The translations under genes and the position numbers were made by a program. A model generated the notes under the pieces. The model was not told where the DNA came from. It worked only from the letters and a program-made list of their open reading frames with translations, and searched no databases. Shown one piece after another: positions 10,011 through 19,443 of a stretch of 64,000 bases of DNA (positions within the stretch are counted from its first letter, which is position 1; each line of letters opens with the position of its first letter). Origin of the DNA: Anaerolineae bacterium (lineage in GTDB: Bacteria > Chloroflexota > Anaerolineae > UBA7937 > B3-Chlor). The stretch covers positions 47,409 to 111,408 of the forward strand of contig DAOUME010000030.1 of the NCBI GenBank assembly GCA_034411995.1, in the 5' to 3' direction.

Positions 10011-10550
10011 ACACACCTCCCGTTACGGGTTGTTACCCGGCATGGATTCTACTGAAAGGACCACGAGTTTCCACCAGCCGCAGCTCCGGTGATCTCGTTC
10101 ACGATTCCCCGTAGGGGGAATCTGCTTGCCCCCAGACGATTGCTGAACAGAGCAGTTCACAGGCAGGCTCGCTAACGGCAGCGTTCGGCCGACGTGACGC
10201 CACTCTCCAGGCAAATGACGGCCCCGCGGCCGTGCAAGATCCTGTAGCACATCCAGATGCCGCCGGCAGCGTGCCAATCTTAGCCCACTCCTGCGACGTG
10301 TGCTACCGCTTACCTCATGCCACAAGAGCGCTCCAGGGCGATTGGTGGTTGCGCGGAGTGATCGGCGATGATAGTCTTAGTGCCGGCGAGCTGACGCTGC
10401 GTTTGTGCCTGCGCGGTTGCTCGCCGACTTATTGATGGGCCGGCCACCTTTGGCCTCCGCTGAGTGGAAGACTCAGCAACCGGTAACGGAGGCATCGCCA
10501 TTCGTGAGGCAGCGAACGAATTCTAAGACAGAGAGGAGCAAGCCAAGAAC

Positions 10551-11123
10551 ATGAAGAAGGTCGACCTGGGGCCAGGGCCGTTCCTGTATCCCAAGCCAGC
10601 TACGCTCGTGGGATCCGACGTACAGGGCAGGCCCAACTACTGCGTGGCCGCTTGTGTAGGGATCGTGAACATGGAACCCCCCACGCTCGCGGTATCGCTG
10701 AACAAGACTCACTACACGACCATGGGGATCAGAGATCACGGCACGTTCAGCATCAATACGCCATCTGCGGACATGATGGAAATCACCGACTACTGCGGAC
10801 TTGTTTCCGGCCACAAAGTGGACAAATCCGACATATTCGACAGCTTCTATGGCCAGACCGGTACCGCACCTATGATCAGAGAATGTCCGCTCAATCTGGA
10901 GTGTAAGGTGGTCCAGACCCTGGAGTTTCCCGGCGAAGTGGCGTTCGTAGGCAAGATTGTGGCGGCGTACGTCGACGAGGCGTGTCTGACGGATGGCAAG
11001 CCCGACATCAAGAAGCTAGATCCTCTGCTGTTCTCGTATGGCGACAACCGCTACCTGCGCGTGGGCGAGCGCATTGGCCGAGCGTGGAGCGTAGGGAAAC
11101 GGCTGATCCACAAGGAGCGATAG
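10551..11123 (+). CDS. Flavin-reductase-like FMN-binding split-barrel protein
   Basis: 190 aa. PKPATLVGS...GRPNY..A.....VN.EPPTLAVSL....T..GI...GTFSIN is the usual flavin-reductase-domain pattern. GAGAGGAG lies upstream of the ATG. Confidence 0.75.
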   Translation: MKKVDLGPGPFLYPKPATLVGSDVQGRPNYCVAACVGIVNMEPPTLAVSLNKTHYTTMGIRDHGTFSINTPSADMMEITDYCGLVSGHKVDKSDIFDSFYGQTGTAPMIRECPLNLECKVVQTLEFPGEVAFVGKIVAAYVDEACLTDGKPDIKKLDPLLFSYGDNRYLRVGERIGRAWSVGKRLIHKER

Positions 11124-11124
11124 A

Positions 11125-12402
11125 ATGGCATCATATCTCAAGAGCTCAAGGCCCAGGCCTCTGCAGGATCTAAGCAAGGTCTCCGAGACTGTAGCAGAGA
11201 TCCTCGAACGCGTTCGCAGTGAAGGCGAGGAAGCTGTGCGTTACTACTCCCGCAAGTTCGACGATTGGGACCCGCCCAGCTTCCGAGTATCCGAGAAGAA
11301 GATCAGGGAGGCGCGTGAGAAGCTGTCACCCGTCGCGCGGCAGGATATCGACTTCTGCCAGGAGCAGATCCGCAACTTCGCAAGAAAGCAAAGGGAGGCG
11401 ATTTTCGAATTCGAGATCGAAACCCTCCCCGGTGTGCACCTGGGACAGAGGATCATACCTGTTGCGGACAGTGGCTCTTATGTGCCAGGTGGCCGTTATC
11501 CGCTCTTGGCTTCGGCCCACATGACCATCATCACACCGAAAGTGGCCGGCGTGGAGCGTGTCATAGCGTGCACGCCGCCCGTTGGGGGTGAGGGGATTCA
11601 CCCGGGCACTCTATACTCCATGGTGGCCGCCGGAGCTGACGAAGTGTATTGCGTGGGAGGTGTACAGGCGCTGGCCGCGATGGCCTTCGGAATGGAGGGC
11701 CTTGAGCCTGTCGACATGATCGTGGGCGCGGGTAACGTATACGTGGCCGAGGCCAAGCGTCAACTCTTCGGGCAGGTGGGAATCGACCTGCTGGCTGGTC
11801 CGACGGAGATTCTCGTGCTCGTGGACGATACTGCGGACCCCTCAGTGGTGGCTGCGGACATCTTGGGACAGGCGGAGCACGATCCCAACTCACGACAGGC
11901 GCTGGTGTCTCTGTCCCACGAGGTAGCCCAGCAGACCATGGACGAGATCGAGCACCAACTCGTGAGCCTGCCGACCCGGCAAGTGGCCGAGCTCTCATGG
12001 AGGGAAAACGGAGAAGTCATGATCGTCAGCTCGCCTGAGGAGGCGGTCGAGGTATGCGATGACTGGGCGCCGGAGCATCTGGAAATCCAGACGCGTGACT
12101 GGCGATACTATCTTGAGAATCTGCGCAACTACGGCTCTCTCTTTCTGGGCGAAGAGACGACCGTAGCCTACGGGGACAAGTCCATCGGCACGAACCATGT
12201 CCTGCCCACGATGCGAGCGGCCCGATACACTGGAGGGCTCTATGTGGGCAAGTTCCTGAAGGTGGTTACCTATCAGTATGCGACTCGTGAGGCCTCTGCT
12301 GGACTGGCAGGCATCTGCGAACGAGCGTGCAACTACGAGAACATGGTCGCCCACGGTATCTCGTGCAGAGTGCGGGCGGAGAAATACGCTACCGACTCCT
12401 GA
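11125..12402 (+). CDS. Histidinol-dehydrogenase-family NAD-dependent dehydrogenase (HisD paralogue outside any his context)
   Basis: 425 aa. AGPTEILV, GQAEHDP (Gln/His metal ligands), APEHLEI (catalytic Glu-His) and GDKSIGTNHVLPT match the HisD family. The ATG lies 1 nt after the flavin-reductase stop, with AAGGAG inside the upstream gene's end. Confidence 0.85.
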   Translation: MASYLKSSRPRPLQDLSKVSETVAEILERVRSEGEEAVRYYSRKFDDWDPPSFRVSEKKIREAREKLSPVARQDIDFCQEQIRNFARKQREAIFEFEIETLPGVHLGQRIIPVADSGSYVPGGRYPLLASAHMTIITPKVAGVERVIACTPPVGGEGIHPGTLYSMVAAGADEVYCVGGVQALAAMAFGMEGLEPVDMIVGAGNVYVAEAKRQLFGQVGIDLLAGPTEILVLVDDTADPSVVAADILGQAEHDPNSRQALVSLSHEVAQQTMDEIEHQLVSLPTRQVAELSWRENGEVMIVSSPEEAVEVCDDWAPEHLEIQTRDWRYYLENLRNYGSLFLGEETTVAYGDKSIGTNHVLPTMRAARYTGGLYVGKFLKVVTYQYATREASAGLAGICERACNYENMVAHGISCRVRAEKYATDS

Positions 12403-12647
12403 CCCCTGTTAGACAAACCGTCCGTGAGAAGCTCAGGTCGCTTCTGTGACCTGTTCCATCAGGGTCAGTCGTGGCGGTGGGAATTCTGTAGCAGGGCCCT
12501 GATCTGACCCCAGGTTGTCAACGCACATGAGACCCCCTGGCAAGTTGGTTGACGTCACATGACGCAGCCGGGCGGTGTAAGGCGGCAGAGTTGAATCAGG
12601 TGGCGCGCAGTGACGAGGGCGACACGATGCGCTGTGCGGAGGATTCC

Positions 12648-13196
12648 ATGGTGAACGCAGTCAAAGGAGTTGTGGTCTATCATAGCCAGTTCGGGCACAC
12701 GGAGAAACTAGCCTACGCCATTGCCGAAGGGGCCAGGGAAGTGGAGGGCACAACCGTGCGCGTGGTGTCAGTCGGTGATGCCTCGCACGCGGATCTCCTC
12801 GAAGCAGACTTGATCTTCTGGGGCTCCCCCAACCATTTTGGCAACATGAGTCTCCCCATGAAGAGATTCGTGGACGGCACCGTGGCTCTGTTTGACGAGG
12901 GTAAGCTGTCTGGCAAGGTTGGCTCCGTCTTCACCTGCAGCGAGGCTCTGCACGGAGACCAGGAATACGCCCTCTGGTCACTGCTGCTTCCCATGCTCCA
13001 GCACGGGATGGTGGTGGTTGGGCTTGATCCCAGGGAACCTGCCAATGACAAGTTCGGGTATCACTTCGGTGTGGGTGCCAGCTCCCTCGGGCGCGAGGCA
13101 GCTGAGAAACCGGACGTGGAAGAACTAGCTGTCGCCCGGGCTATGGGTCGCCGCGCTGCAAGTCTGGCCCAACGCTTGATGAGAGGGCGGGAGTAA
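12648..13196 (+). CDS. WrbA-type flavodoxin-like NAD(P)H:quinone oxidoreductase
   Basis: Track ORF 12549..13196 trimmed to ATG 12648 (GGAGGA 4 nt upstream). VVVYHSQFGHTEKLAYAIAEGA...FWGSPNHFGNMS is the WrbA/flavodoxin-like pattern. Confidence 0.75.
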   Translation: MVNAVKGVVVYHSQFGHTEKLAYAIAEGAREVEGTTVRVVSVGDASHADLLEADLIFWGSPNHFGNMSLPMKRFVDGTVALFDEGKLSGKVGSVFTCSEALHGDQEYALWSLLLPMLQHGMVVVGLDPREPANDKFGYHFGVGASSLGREAAEKPDVEELAVARAMGRRAASLAQRLMRGRE

Positions 13197-13430
13197 CCCT
13201 AGCTGCCCGACCAGCTTGAACACGCACTGAGGACAGTCAGCGCGAAGCGCTCTGCTGCCCGCCATGCCAGCGGAGTGAACAGCTCCGCATGAGGGGTAGA
13301 GGCTTGGCGTTCCCGATTCGCTGCTCGACGCCCGAGGCCCACCAGCCGACGATGCGCGCGGAGGCACCGACAACGTCGGCCGAGGTGTCGGTCTAGGTGC
13401 TGCCGGCAGCGGCAGTTGAAGCTAGACCTC

Positions 13431-14210
13431 TCAGTCCCACCTATAGCCCGCCGTCGCCCCTCCGTCGACCACCAAGGCCGCTCCGTTCATGAAAGATGAC
13501 GAATCGGTAGCCAGGAAGAGAACCGCCTTAGCTATCTCCTGGGGGGTCCCAATGTATCTAAGCGGGTATGGCGCACCGTATCCAGAGGATTCCTCCACTC
13601 GCAGCTTCATCTGCTCCAGCTCACCTTCGAGCATGGGCGTATCCACAGCCCCGGGACAGATACAGTTGACCCGGATTCCCTGGGAGGCGTGGTCTATGGC
13701 CATGGCTCTGGTGAGCAGCACCGCGCCTCCCTTGGAGGCGCAGTAAGCAGCCGCTGAATCACCACCTACGAGTCCGAAGTTTGAGGCGTTGTTGATGATG
13801 ACACCGCCCCCACGGGCGATCATTCCTGGAAGAACGAACTTCGACATGAAATAGATACCCTTGAGATTAGTGTCGAGCGTGAGGTCCCATTCCTCTTCGG
13901 TGCATTCGAGAACTGTGCCGGAGTAGGACACGCCGGCGTTATTGAAGAGGATGTCCACGGGGCCGAGAGTCTGGATCGTCTCCCCCACTGCACGACGACA
14001 GTCCTCGGCGGAGCACACGTCCGCGCTAATGAATATGGCGGTTCCTCCCTCCTCCTCGACGCTGGCTACCACCTGCTTCCCTCGTAGCTTGTTCCTCCCC
14101 GTCAGAGCCACTCTGGCTCCCTCTCGTGCAAACAGCGCCGCCGTCTCACGCCCAATACCAGAGGTGCCTCCGGTGATCAGCGCGACCTTGTTCTGCAAAC
14201 GCATAGACAA
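13431..14210 (-). CDS. Short-chain dehydrogenase/reductase (SDR) family oxidoreductase
   Basis: TGGTSGIGRE dinucleotide motif, NNAG, and the catalytic Y-x3-K block (YCASKGG). SD GGGGGGAGG lies in the 12-nt gap after the upstream stop. Confidence 0.9.
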   Translation of the reverse strand: MSMRLQNKVALITGGTSGIGRETAALFAREGARVALTGRNKLRGKQVVASVEEEGGTAIFISADVCSAEDCRRAVGETIQTLGPVDILFNNAGVSYSGTVLECTEEEWDLTLDTNLKGIYFMSKFVLPGMIARGGGVIINNASNFGLVGGDSAAAYCASKGGAVLLTRAMAIDHASQGIRVNCICPGAVDTPMLEGELEQMKLRVEESSGYGAPYPLRYIGTPQEIAKAVLFLATDSSSFMNGAALVVDGGATAGYRWD

Positions 14211-14222
14211 GCTGCCTCCCCC

Positions 14223-15362
14223 CTAGGTACTGACCCGATACATGATCATCTCGTTGTATCCTGTGACCACCTTCACATAGCCCGTCAACACCTGGTCCAC
14301 AGAGGGGTCGCCAGTATCCACCAGCAGTGGGCGCCCCCGCAGCGAGTGCATCTTCTCCTTGGTTCCCACGACGATAAGGTTGCTCTTCCCGACTCGGCTG
14401 ATCACTTCGTGGCTGACTTGCTGGTTTCCTCGGCCGAAGATGTATCCCTGGCCGCCAATAGGGGTCACGATTATGGTCGCCGGTTTCCCCTGCACCAGGT
14501 CCAGAAGCTGGGACTCGTTCGCGTCTGCCGCCACCACTCTCCCATCTAGCACCACATCCACGCCTATGAGCGTCTTGGGCACCCCGAGTTGGGATGCTAT
14601 GGCCCTCGTGGTCGTGCCGGGGCCGATGATATACAGGTGCTCCCGGCGCATGTTCTCAACGATGTAGCATGCGATAGCCCTCATACTCCCGGCCTCTGTC
14701 GGGCCGCTCGCAGCCTTCGCTCCCTGCACCAGTCGCCTATGGAAAGGGATCCTCAGGAATCCGTACAGTTGCGCCGAGACGACACCAGCTCTGATGGCGT
14801 CTTCATCGATGTCCATCACCTCGGCCTCGCGCAGGGTTGTGATCTCACCCGACAAGAACGACGCGGCGAGAGAGCCTGCTGCCTTGGGACTGGTGGCGTA
14901 GGCCGCAGAATGGATCTTGACCCCCGCCGGGATGCCCAGCACAGAGATGCTGTCCCCAACCGCGTCGTAGATGTCCCGTGCTGTCCCATCACCTCCGGCG
15001 AATAGCAGCAGCTCCACGTTGAGCTCTCTCAACTCTTGGGCGGCCTTCTTCGTATCGCGGGCCGTGGTCCTGCCCCGCTCAATCGCGCCGATGACCGTGG
15101 GCTCGAAGCCAGACCGTCTGACCGCGTCCTCCCCCATCTCACCTGGGTAGGTAATGATCTCCAAATCTGCACCCAGGCCCTTGAGGGCCTCGAGAGCCCA
15201 GACGGTGCGGGTCTCCGCTTGCAGCACAGCGCCGAGCTCTAGCGCTCGGCCCTGGATTTCTACTGTGTCACTTCCCTTGAGCCCGACTCTCCCGCCTATC
15301 CCCGCGAGGGGGTTCACAATCAATCCCAGCCGCCTGAGCCTTCGTGTGGGCATGCCAGCCAC
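14223..15362 (-). CDS. ATP-NAD kinase-family protein (COG3199 / AcoX-like)
   Basis: 379 aa. GLIVNPLAGIGGRVGLKGSD N-terminus and the FAGGDGTARD (GGDGT) motif. The GTG start directly abuts the upstream stop (TGAGTG). Confidence 0.7.
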   Translation of the reverse strand: MAGMPTRRLRRLGLIVNPLAGIGGRVGLKGSDTVEIQGRALELGAVLQAETRTVWALEALKGLGADLEIITYPGEMGEDAVRRSGFEPTVIGAIERGRTTARDTKKAAQELRELNVELLLFAGGDGTARDIYDAVGDSISVLGIPAGVKIHSAAYATSPKAAGSLAASFLSGEITTLREAEVMDIDEDAIRAGVVSAQLYGFLRIPFHRRLVQGAKAASGPTEAGSMRAIACYIVENMRREHLYIIGPGTTTRAIASQLGVPKTLIGVDVVLDGRVVAADANESQLLDLVQGKPATIIVTPIGGQGYIFGRGNQQVSHEVISRVGKSNLIVVGTKEKMHSLRGRPLLVDTGDPSVDQVLTGYVKVVTGYNEMIMYRVST

Positions 15363-16976
15363 TCACTGTCCTGAGGGCCCGTCTTCGAGCTCCTGCACGT
15401 TGCGGACTTTCCTCAGGTACCCCCTCCAACTGACCGCCCATCGAGAGGGATCATCGAGGGCCGTAGCATCAACGGCATGTACAGTGCTCTGGTGAGGCGC
15501 GTTCTTCACAAAAGCAGGGTCGGCATAAGACTCTTTGGAGATTTGAGCCATGATTGAGGCATATTCGTCTAGCTCGTCGCGCGTATATGACTCAGTAGGC
15601 TCCAGAGTGCACGGCTCCGGCACCAGCCAGGGGTGATGGCTGGCGAAGTAGTAAGCGCCAAAGTCGGCCGCTCGCCTTATCACGTCATCCGTGCCAACCC
15701 CCGTGTCTCTGTTCAGTTGTTCCCAGCTATAGCGCACTTGCTCGATTCTGTGCTTGCCCTCGGCGTATGGCGCAGCCATCCCCTTTACTTTCAGCAGCCT
15801 GTTCAGGAGGTAGTTGTTGTTGAGGACAGAGATCTCGGCAACCTCGCGAAGACCATCAGCGCCAAGACTCATCACCCAGGCATAGGACCTCAGAACCACT
15901 GGGGGGACTCCATAGAACGCCCGAATCTTGCCTATTGAGTCAGGCCGATCGTAGTCCAAGGCATAGGTGGTGCCGTCGAACACGACGACTGGGACCGGGA
16001 GAAATCTGGCAAGCCCGTTGCCCACGCCAACTGCACCGACCGCTGGCCCGCTGCAACCGTGTGGTGAGGAGAAGGTCTTGTGCAGATTGAAGTGACAGAG
16101 GTCAAAACCAGCATCGGCCGCCCGTGTAACGCCCAGTATTCCGTTGGCGTTAGCCTGATCGTAGAAACACAACCCACCCGCTTCGTGGACCGCCCTCACG
16201 AATTCCGCGATCTTGGGGTTGTAGATCCCGGTATCCTCAGGGTTGGTGATCATCAGCCCAGCGGTCCGCTCCGAGACCGCTGCCTTCAAGGCCTTCAGAT
16301 CGGGATAGCCATCTTCATCCGGGTAGATGGTGATGACTTTGAATCCTGCTGTCCTGGGGCAGGCTGCGTCAGATGGATGAGAGAAGATGGTCGTGAGCAT
16401 CTCGTCTCGTTGACCTCGCTCACCCCTCGATTCATGGTACGCGCGGATGATGGACGCAGCGGTGTATATGGCCGCCGATCCTCCGCCGGGCTGCAGCGTG
16501 AACTCCTGCATGCCCGAGATCTCTTTCAGCATCTGTTTGAACTCGTACATGATTTGCAGTATGCCCTGGACAGTCTCCACACCCTGCAGAGGGTGGATGT
16601 CCGCCATCTCAGGCATGCGCACAAACTGCTCATTTACCTTGGGACTATACTTCATCGTGCACGTCCCGAGACCGAGATCGATGATCAGATCGGTCCCCAA
16701 GGTTTCCTGAGACAGCCTCAGGTAGTGTCTCAATACCTGGGCCTGCGATAGCTCCGGAAGCCCAGGAGGTGTGGTCCTCCTGAGGTTGTCTGGCAGTGTA
16801 TCCAGCGGATCACCGACCTCCTCCACAATGCCTTCCTCTATCTCCGGAAGAAGGATTCCACGCTGTCCCTCACTGCCCAACTCGAAGATGATGGGTTCGT
16901 CCCACTTGGCCTGATGGAACCGCCTGGGCCATCGTCCACGGCTCGCGTCCTGTCCTGTGCCTGCATCCTCAATCAT
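15363..16976 (-). CDS. gcvPB: Glycine dehydrogenase (decarboxylating) subunit-2-like PLP enzyme (GcvPB family, divergent)
   Basis: 537 aa. The PLP-lysine block reads CHFNLHKTFSSPHGCSGPAVG, where canonical P-proteins read NLHKTF..PHGGGGPG. ATGA start/stop overlap with the upstream gene. Confidence 0.8.
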   Translation of the reverse strand: MIEDAGTGQDASRGRWPRRFHQAKWDEPIIFELGSEGQRGILLPEIEEGIVEEVGDPLDTLPDNLRRTTPPGLPELSQAQVLRHYLRLSQETLGTDLIIDLGLGTCTMKYSPKVNEQFVRMPEMADIHPLQGVETVQGILQIMYEFKQMLKEISGMQEFTLQPGGGSAAIYTAASIIRAYHESRGERGQRDEMLTTIFSHPSDAACPRTAGFKVITIYPDEDGYPDLKALKAAVSERTAGLMITNPEDTGIYNPKIAEFVRAVHEAGGLCFYDQANANGILGVTRAADAGFDLCHFNLHKTFSSPHGCSGPAVGAVGVGNGLARFLPVPVVVFDGTTYALDYDRPDSIGKIRAFYGVPPVVLRSYAWVMSLGADGLREVAEISVLNNNYLLNRLLKVKGMAAPYAEGKHRIEQVRYSWEQLNRDTGVGTDDVIRRAADFGAYYFASHHPWLVPEPCTLEPTESYTRDELDEYASIMAQISKESYADPAFVKNAPHQSTVHAVDATALDDPSRWAVSWRGYLRKVRNVQELEDGPSGQ

Positions 16977-18370
16977 CGGGTGACCTCCTCTAGAGCATCT
17001 GCCAGCCTGTCGATGTCCTGCTTGGTGTGAACCTCAGTCACGCAGTACAAGGCACACCCGGCCAACTCTTCGAATTCCCGCGACAAGCTCTTGCCGCCGA
17101 AGATGCGCCGCTCCAACAGACCCTTGTTCACCTCGTCTACGCTCTTGCCGGTTCCTTCAAAACTCACCACGAACTCCTTGAAGTGGGGCGCCTTGAAGAC
17201 TGGAGCGGTGACACCGTCTATCTTGTTCAACTGCCTCATCGCGTAGTGACATCGGGACATCACATTCTCGCCAAGATCCACCATCCCCTGCGGTCCCATG
17301 AGCGCCAGATAGACGCCAGCTGTGATGCCCCACAGTGCCGCCGCCGTCCCTACCCACTCCTTGCCTTGCTCCCTCACTGCGAAGTGGGTTCTCTCGAAGG
17401 CGACGTCGCCAAAGCCGTACTCGCCCGGTGCTGCTGTAGGAGTGATGCCGAACAGGCGGGACGGGTACTCCCCAACGTATCTCTCGTCGTCGTGAGTGGC
17501 GATGAAGCCCCCCTGACCACCGCCGAAATGCATATGCATGCCCAAGGGCTGAATGTCACCACAGGCGATGTCCGCTCCATACTCGGCTGGCGGGGTGATC
17601 ACTCCCAGGGACGACGGATCCACTCCCACGACACAGAGGGCGCCCTGCTCGTGGGCTATTCCGGCGATCTCCTCTCCCTGAGTCTCCACGAAGCCCAGAT
17701 ATGAAGGGTTCTCGAAGTACACCGCCGCCGTCTTCGAAGAGACCTCTCGCCCCAGCATGCCGAGGTCCATCTGGCCAGTCTGGAGATCGAAGTCCACGAA
17801 CCTGATGTCGATGTTGGGTTTGCAGAAGTCCTTCACTTTGAGGACCATGTCGCAGCCAAGACCTCTCGTCAATACGACCTCGCGCCGACCCGTGATTCGG
17901 CACGCCATGCATAGGGAGGTGGCTGCAGCCTGAAGCCCATCGTAGGTGGGCACGTTGACCACCTCCATGTTGAGAAGCTCAGCCATCATGCTGGTATACT
18001 CGAAGAGAGCCTGATACTTGCCGTGGTCTGTGTAGGGTCCACCCTCGTACGCAGTCAAGAACTCGCCTCGCTGGTTCACCTCGTCACACACGGCAGGGAC
18101 ATAGTGCTGATAGCATCCCGCCCCCAGGAAGCTCAGATTCGGCCCGCACGGCTGGTTCTTCCTGAGGATCGACTCGATATGTCGCTTGAGGGCATACTCA
18201 GAGGTGATGGCTTCGGGTAGATTCATCCTGCGCTTGAGCCGGAGTTCCTCGGGCACGTCCTCATAGAACTCGCCAATGGACTCCGCCCCAATCTCTTGCA
18301 GCATCTCTTCTACCGTGGACGGCACTGAATTGGGGATGTAAGGGTGAGCCTTCTTCATGTTACTCTTCAT
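16973..18370 (-). CDS. gcvPA: Glycine dehydrogenase (decarboxylating) subunit-1-like protein (GcvPA family, divergent)
   Basis: 465 aa. YIPNS...EMLQEIG and FLGAGCYQHYVPAV match GcvPA, but the canonical AYTPYQPE(I/V)SQG block reads AYEGGPYTDHGKYQ. Confidence 0.8.
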   Translation of the reverse strand: MKSNMKKAHPYIPNSVPSTVEEMLQEIGAESIGEFYEDVPEELRLKRRMNLPEAITSEYALKRHIESILRKNQPCGPNLSFLGAGCYQHYVPAVCDEVNQRGEFLTAYEGGPYTDHGKYQALFEYTSMMAELLNMEVVNVPTYDGLQAAATSLCMACRITGRREVVLTRGLGCDMVLKVKDFCKPNIDIRFVDFDLQTGQMDLGMLGREVSSKTAAVYFENPSYLGFVETQGEEIAGIAHEQGALCVVGVDPSSLGVITPPAEYGADIACGDIQPLGMHMHFGGGQGGFIATHDDERYVGEYPSRLFGITPTAAPGEYGFGDVAFERTHFAVREQGKEWVGTAAALWGITAGVYLALMGPQGMVDLGENVMSRCHYAMRQLNKIDGVTAPVFKAPHFKEFVVSFEGTGKSVDEVNKGLLERRIFGGKSLSREFEELAGCALYCVTEVHTKQDIDRLADALEEVTR

Positions 18371-18931
18371 CTTCCACTCCCTTTGATCGACCCTCTACCA
18401 TTTCGGTTAAAGATGTGACGCAGACCTTGATCCCACAGCACTCGTAAAGGACACAGGATGTCCGCTATAGATATCAGAGCGACGGGGCGCACGAGCACGG
18501 CGGCGCCCCTCACGTTGGTTCCCTGCTTCCCCTCGCAAGTGCCCCCGAGCCCCTGCCTCGCAGCACAAGGTCTGAACGACTAGCCGGACCGGCTCGACCC
18601 AGAGCTGCAACTGAAGACACAGTACGCACGGACCGCGCGACCAGAGCGTCTGCTCTAACGGTCACGAAGAGACAGGGTCCCCGGGATAACCGACATGTGG
18701 CTGCCTCCGCCCAGTCGATGCCCGATCGACGGTGCGCACGTGTGTCACGGGTTGGCGCAGGCTCCAAGAGACCCGCACCATGAGGATGTCCGGTCGACAA
18801 CCCCACGCCCAGGCACCGTCGGCGGTGACGTGGGCCACCAGCACGGTGTCCACAGTAGTGACCGTTCGTTCGCCAACAGCTAGCTGTCGTGTCTCCTCGG
18901 TGACAGATCAACGAACGGCAGGAGCGCGAGT

Positions 18932-19351
18932 CTACGAATCCTCGGGCAGCAAGCCCACCTGTCTCATGTACGTGGCGTTGTCATAATAGCAGGCGTGGCG
19001 CTTGATCTTGCCGCCCTCAAGCTCATAGATGTCCGCGGTAGGGACGGCAAACTTCTTCTTGGCCTTCTCGCCGGAGGGAAGCTCAACGGTGTCGGTGCCC
19101 ATCATCGTTCCCTCGCTGGCTGCCCACCCGTCGCCAACGAAAATCCGCTTCACCTCTCCCCGAAAATCGGGGAGCTCTGTGAAGGTCTCTTCCAGGTGAG
19201 CCTTGATCTCGTCTTTGCCGTGAAAGACGATGCCCTCTCCCATGTCCTGGTGCACGAAATCGTCGGTCACCAGAGATAGGAGATCTTTCGGATCACCAGT
19301 GCCCCACGCGGCAACATAGTCCCTCACCAATTTCTCGACGTCTACAGCCAT
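18932..19351 (-). CDS. SnoaL-like / NTF2-fold protein (ester-cyclase family)
   Basis: 139 aa. VRDYVAAWGTGDP...DDFVHQD...HGKDEIKAHLEETFTELPDF is typical of SnoaL-like small alpha+beta barrel proteins. Confidence 0.6.
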   Translation of the reverse strand: MAVDVEKLVRDYVAAWGTGDPKDLLSLVTDDFVHQDMGEGIVFHGKDEIKAHLEETFTELPDFRGEVKRIFVGDGWAASEGTMMGTDTVELPSGEKAKKKFAVPTADIYELEGGKIKRHACYYDNATYMRQVGLLPEDS

Positions 19352-19443
19352 TCTTGTCTCTCCTTCCTTCCAATACTCTTCGTTGGGTTATACCCTGGTG
19401 CCACTCCGACACTGAAAGTACTCCACGAGTGTGTGCGAGCTCT

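Noticed and set aside
10103-10122. Perfect 8-bp hairpin GATTCCCC-GTAG-GGGGAATC in the spacer upstream of the UxaA gene
   Set aside because: It is real as a structure, but no T/U tract follows on either strand, and it lies upstream of the only adjacent genes, not downstream. No function can be assigned.
12513-12562. Two GGTTG...CACATGA motifs and a TGACGTCA palindrome upstream of the WrbA-like gene
   Set aside because: The internal spacing of the two copies differs (6 versus 4 nt) and the match is short. It could be an operator, but the evidence is too weak to call.
18371-18931. Expected glycine riboswitch upstream of the gcvPA-like gene
   Set aside because: Reading the minus strand, I could not find the tandem GGAGAG...ACCGAAGGGGCAA-type cores. 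Only a GGGGCGC-N12-GCGCCCC hairpin and an AT-rich GATATCTATAG patch are present. A covariance-model scan is still needed.
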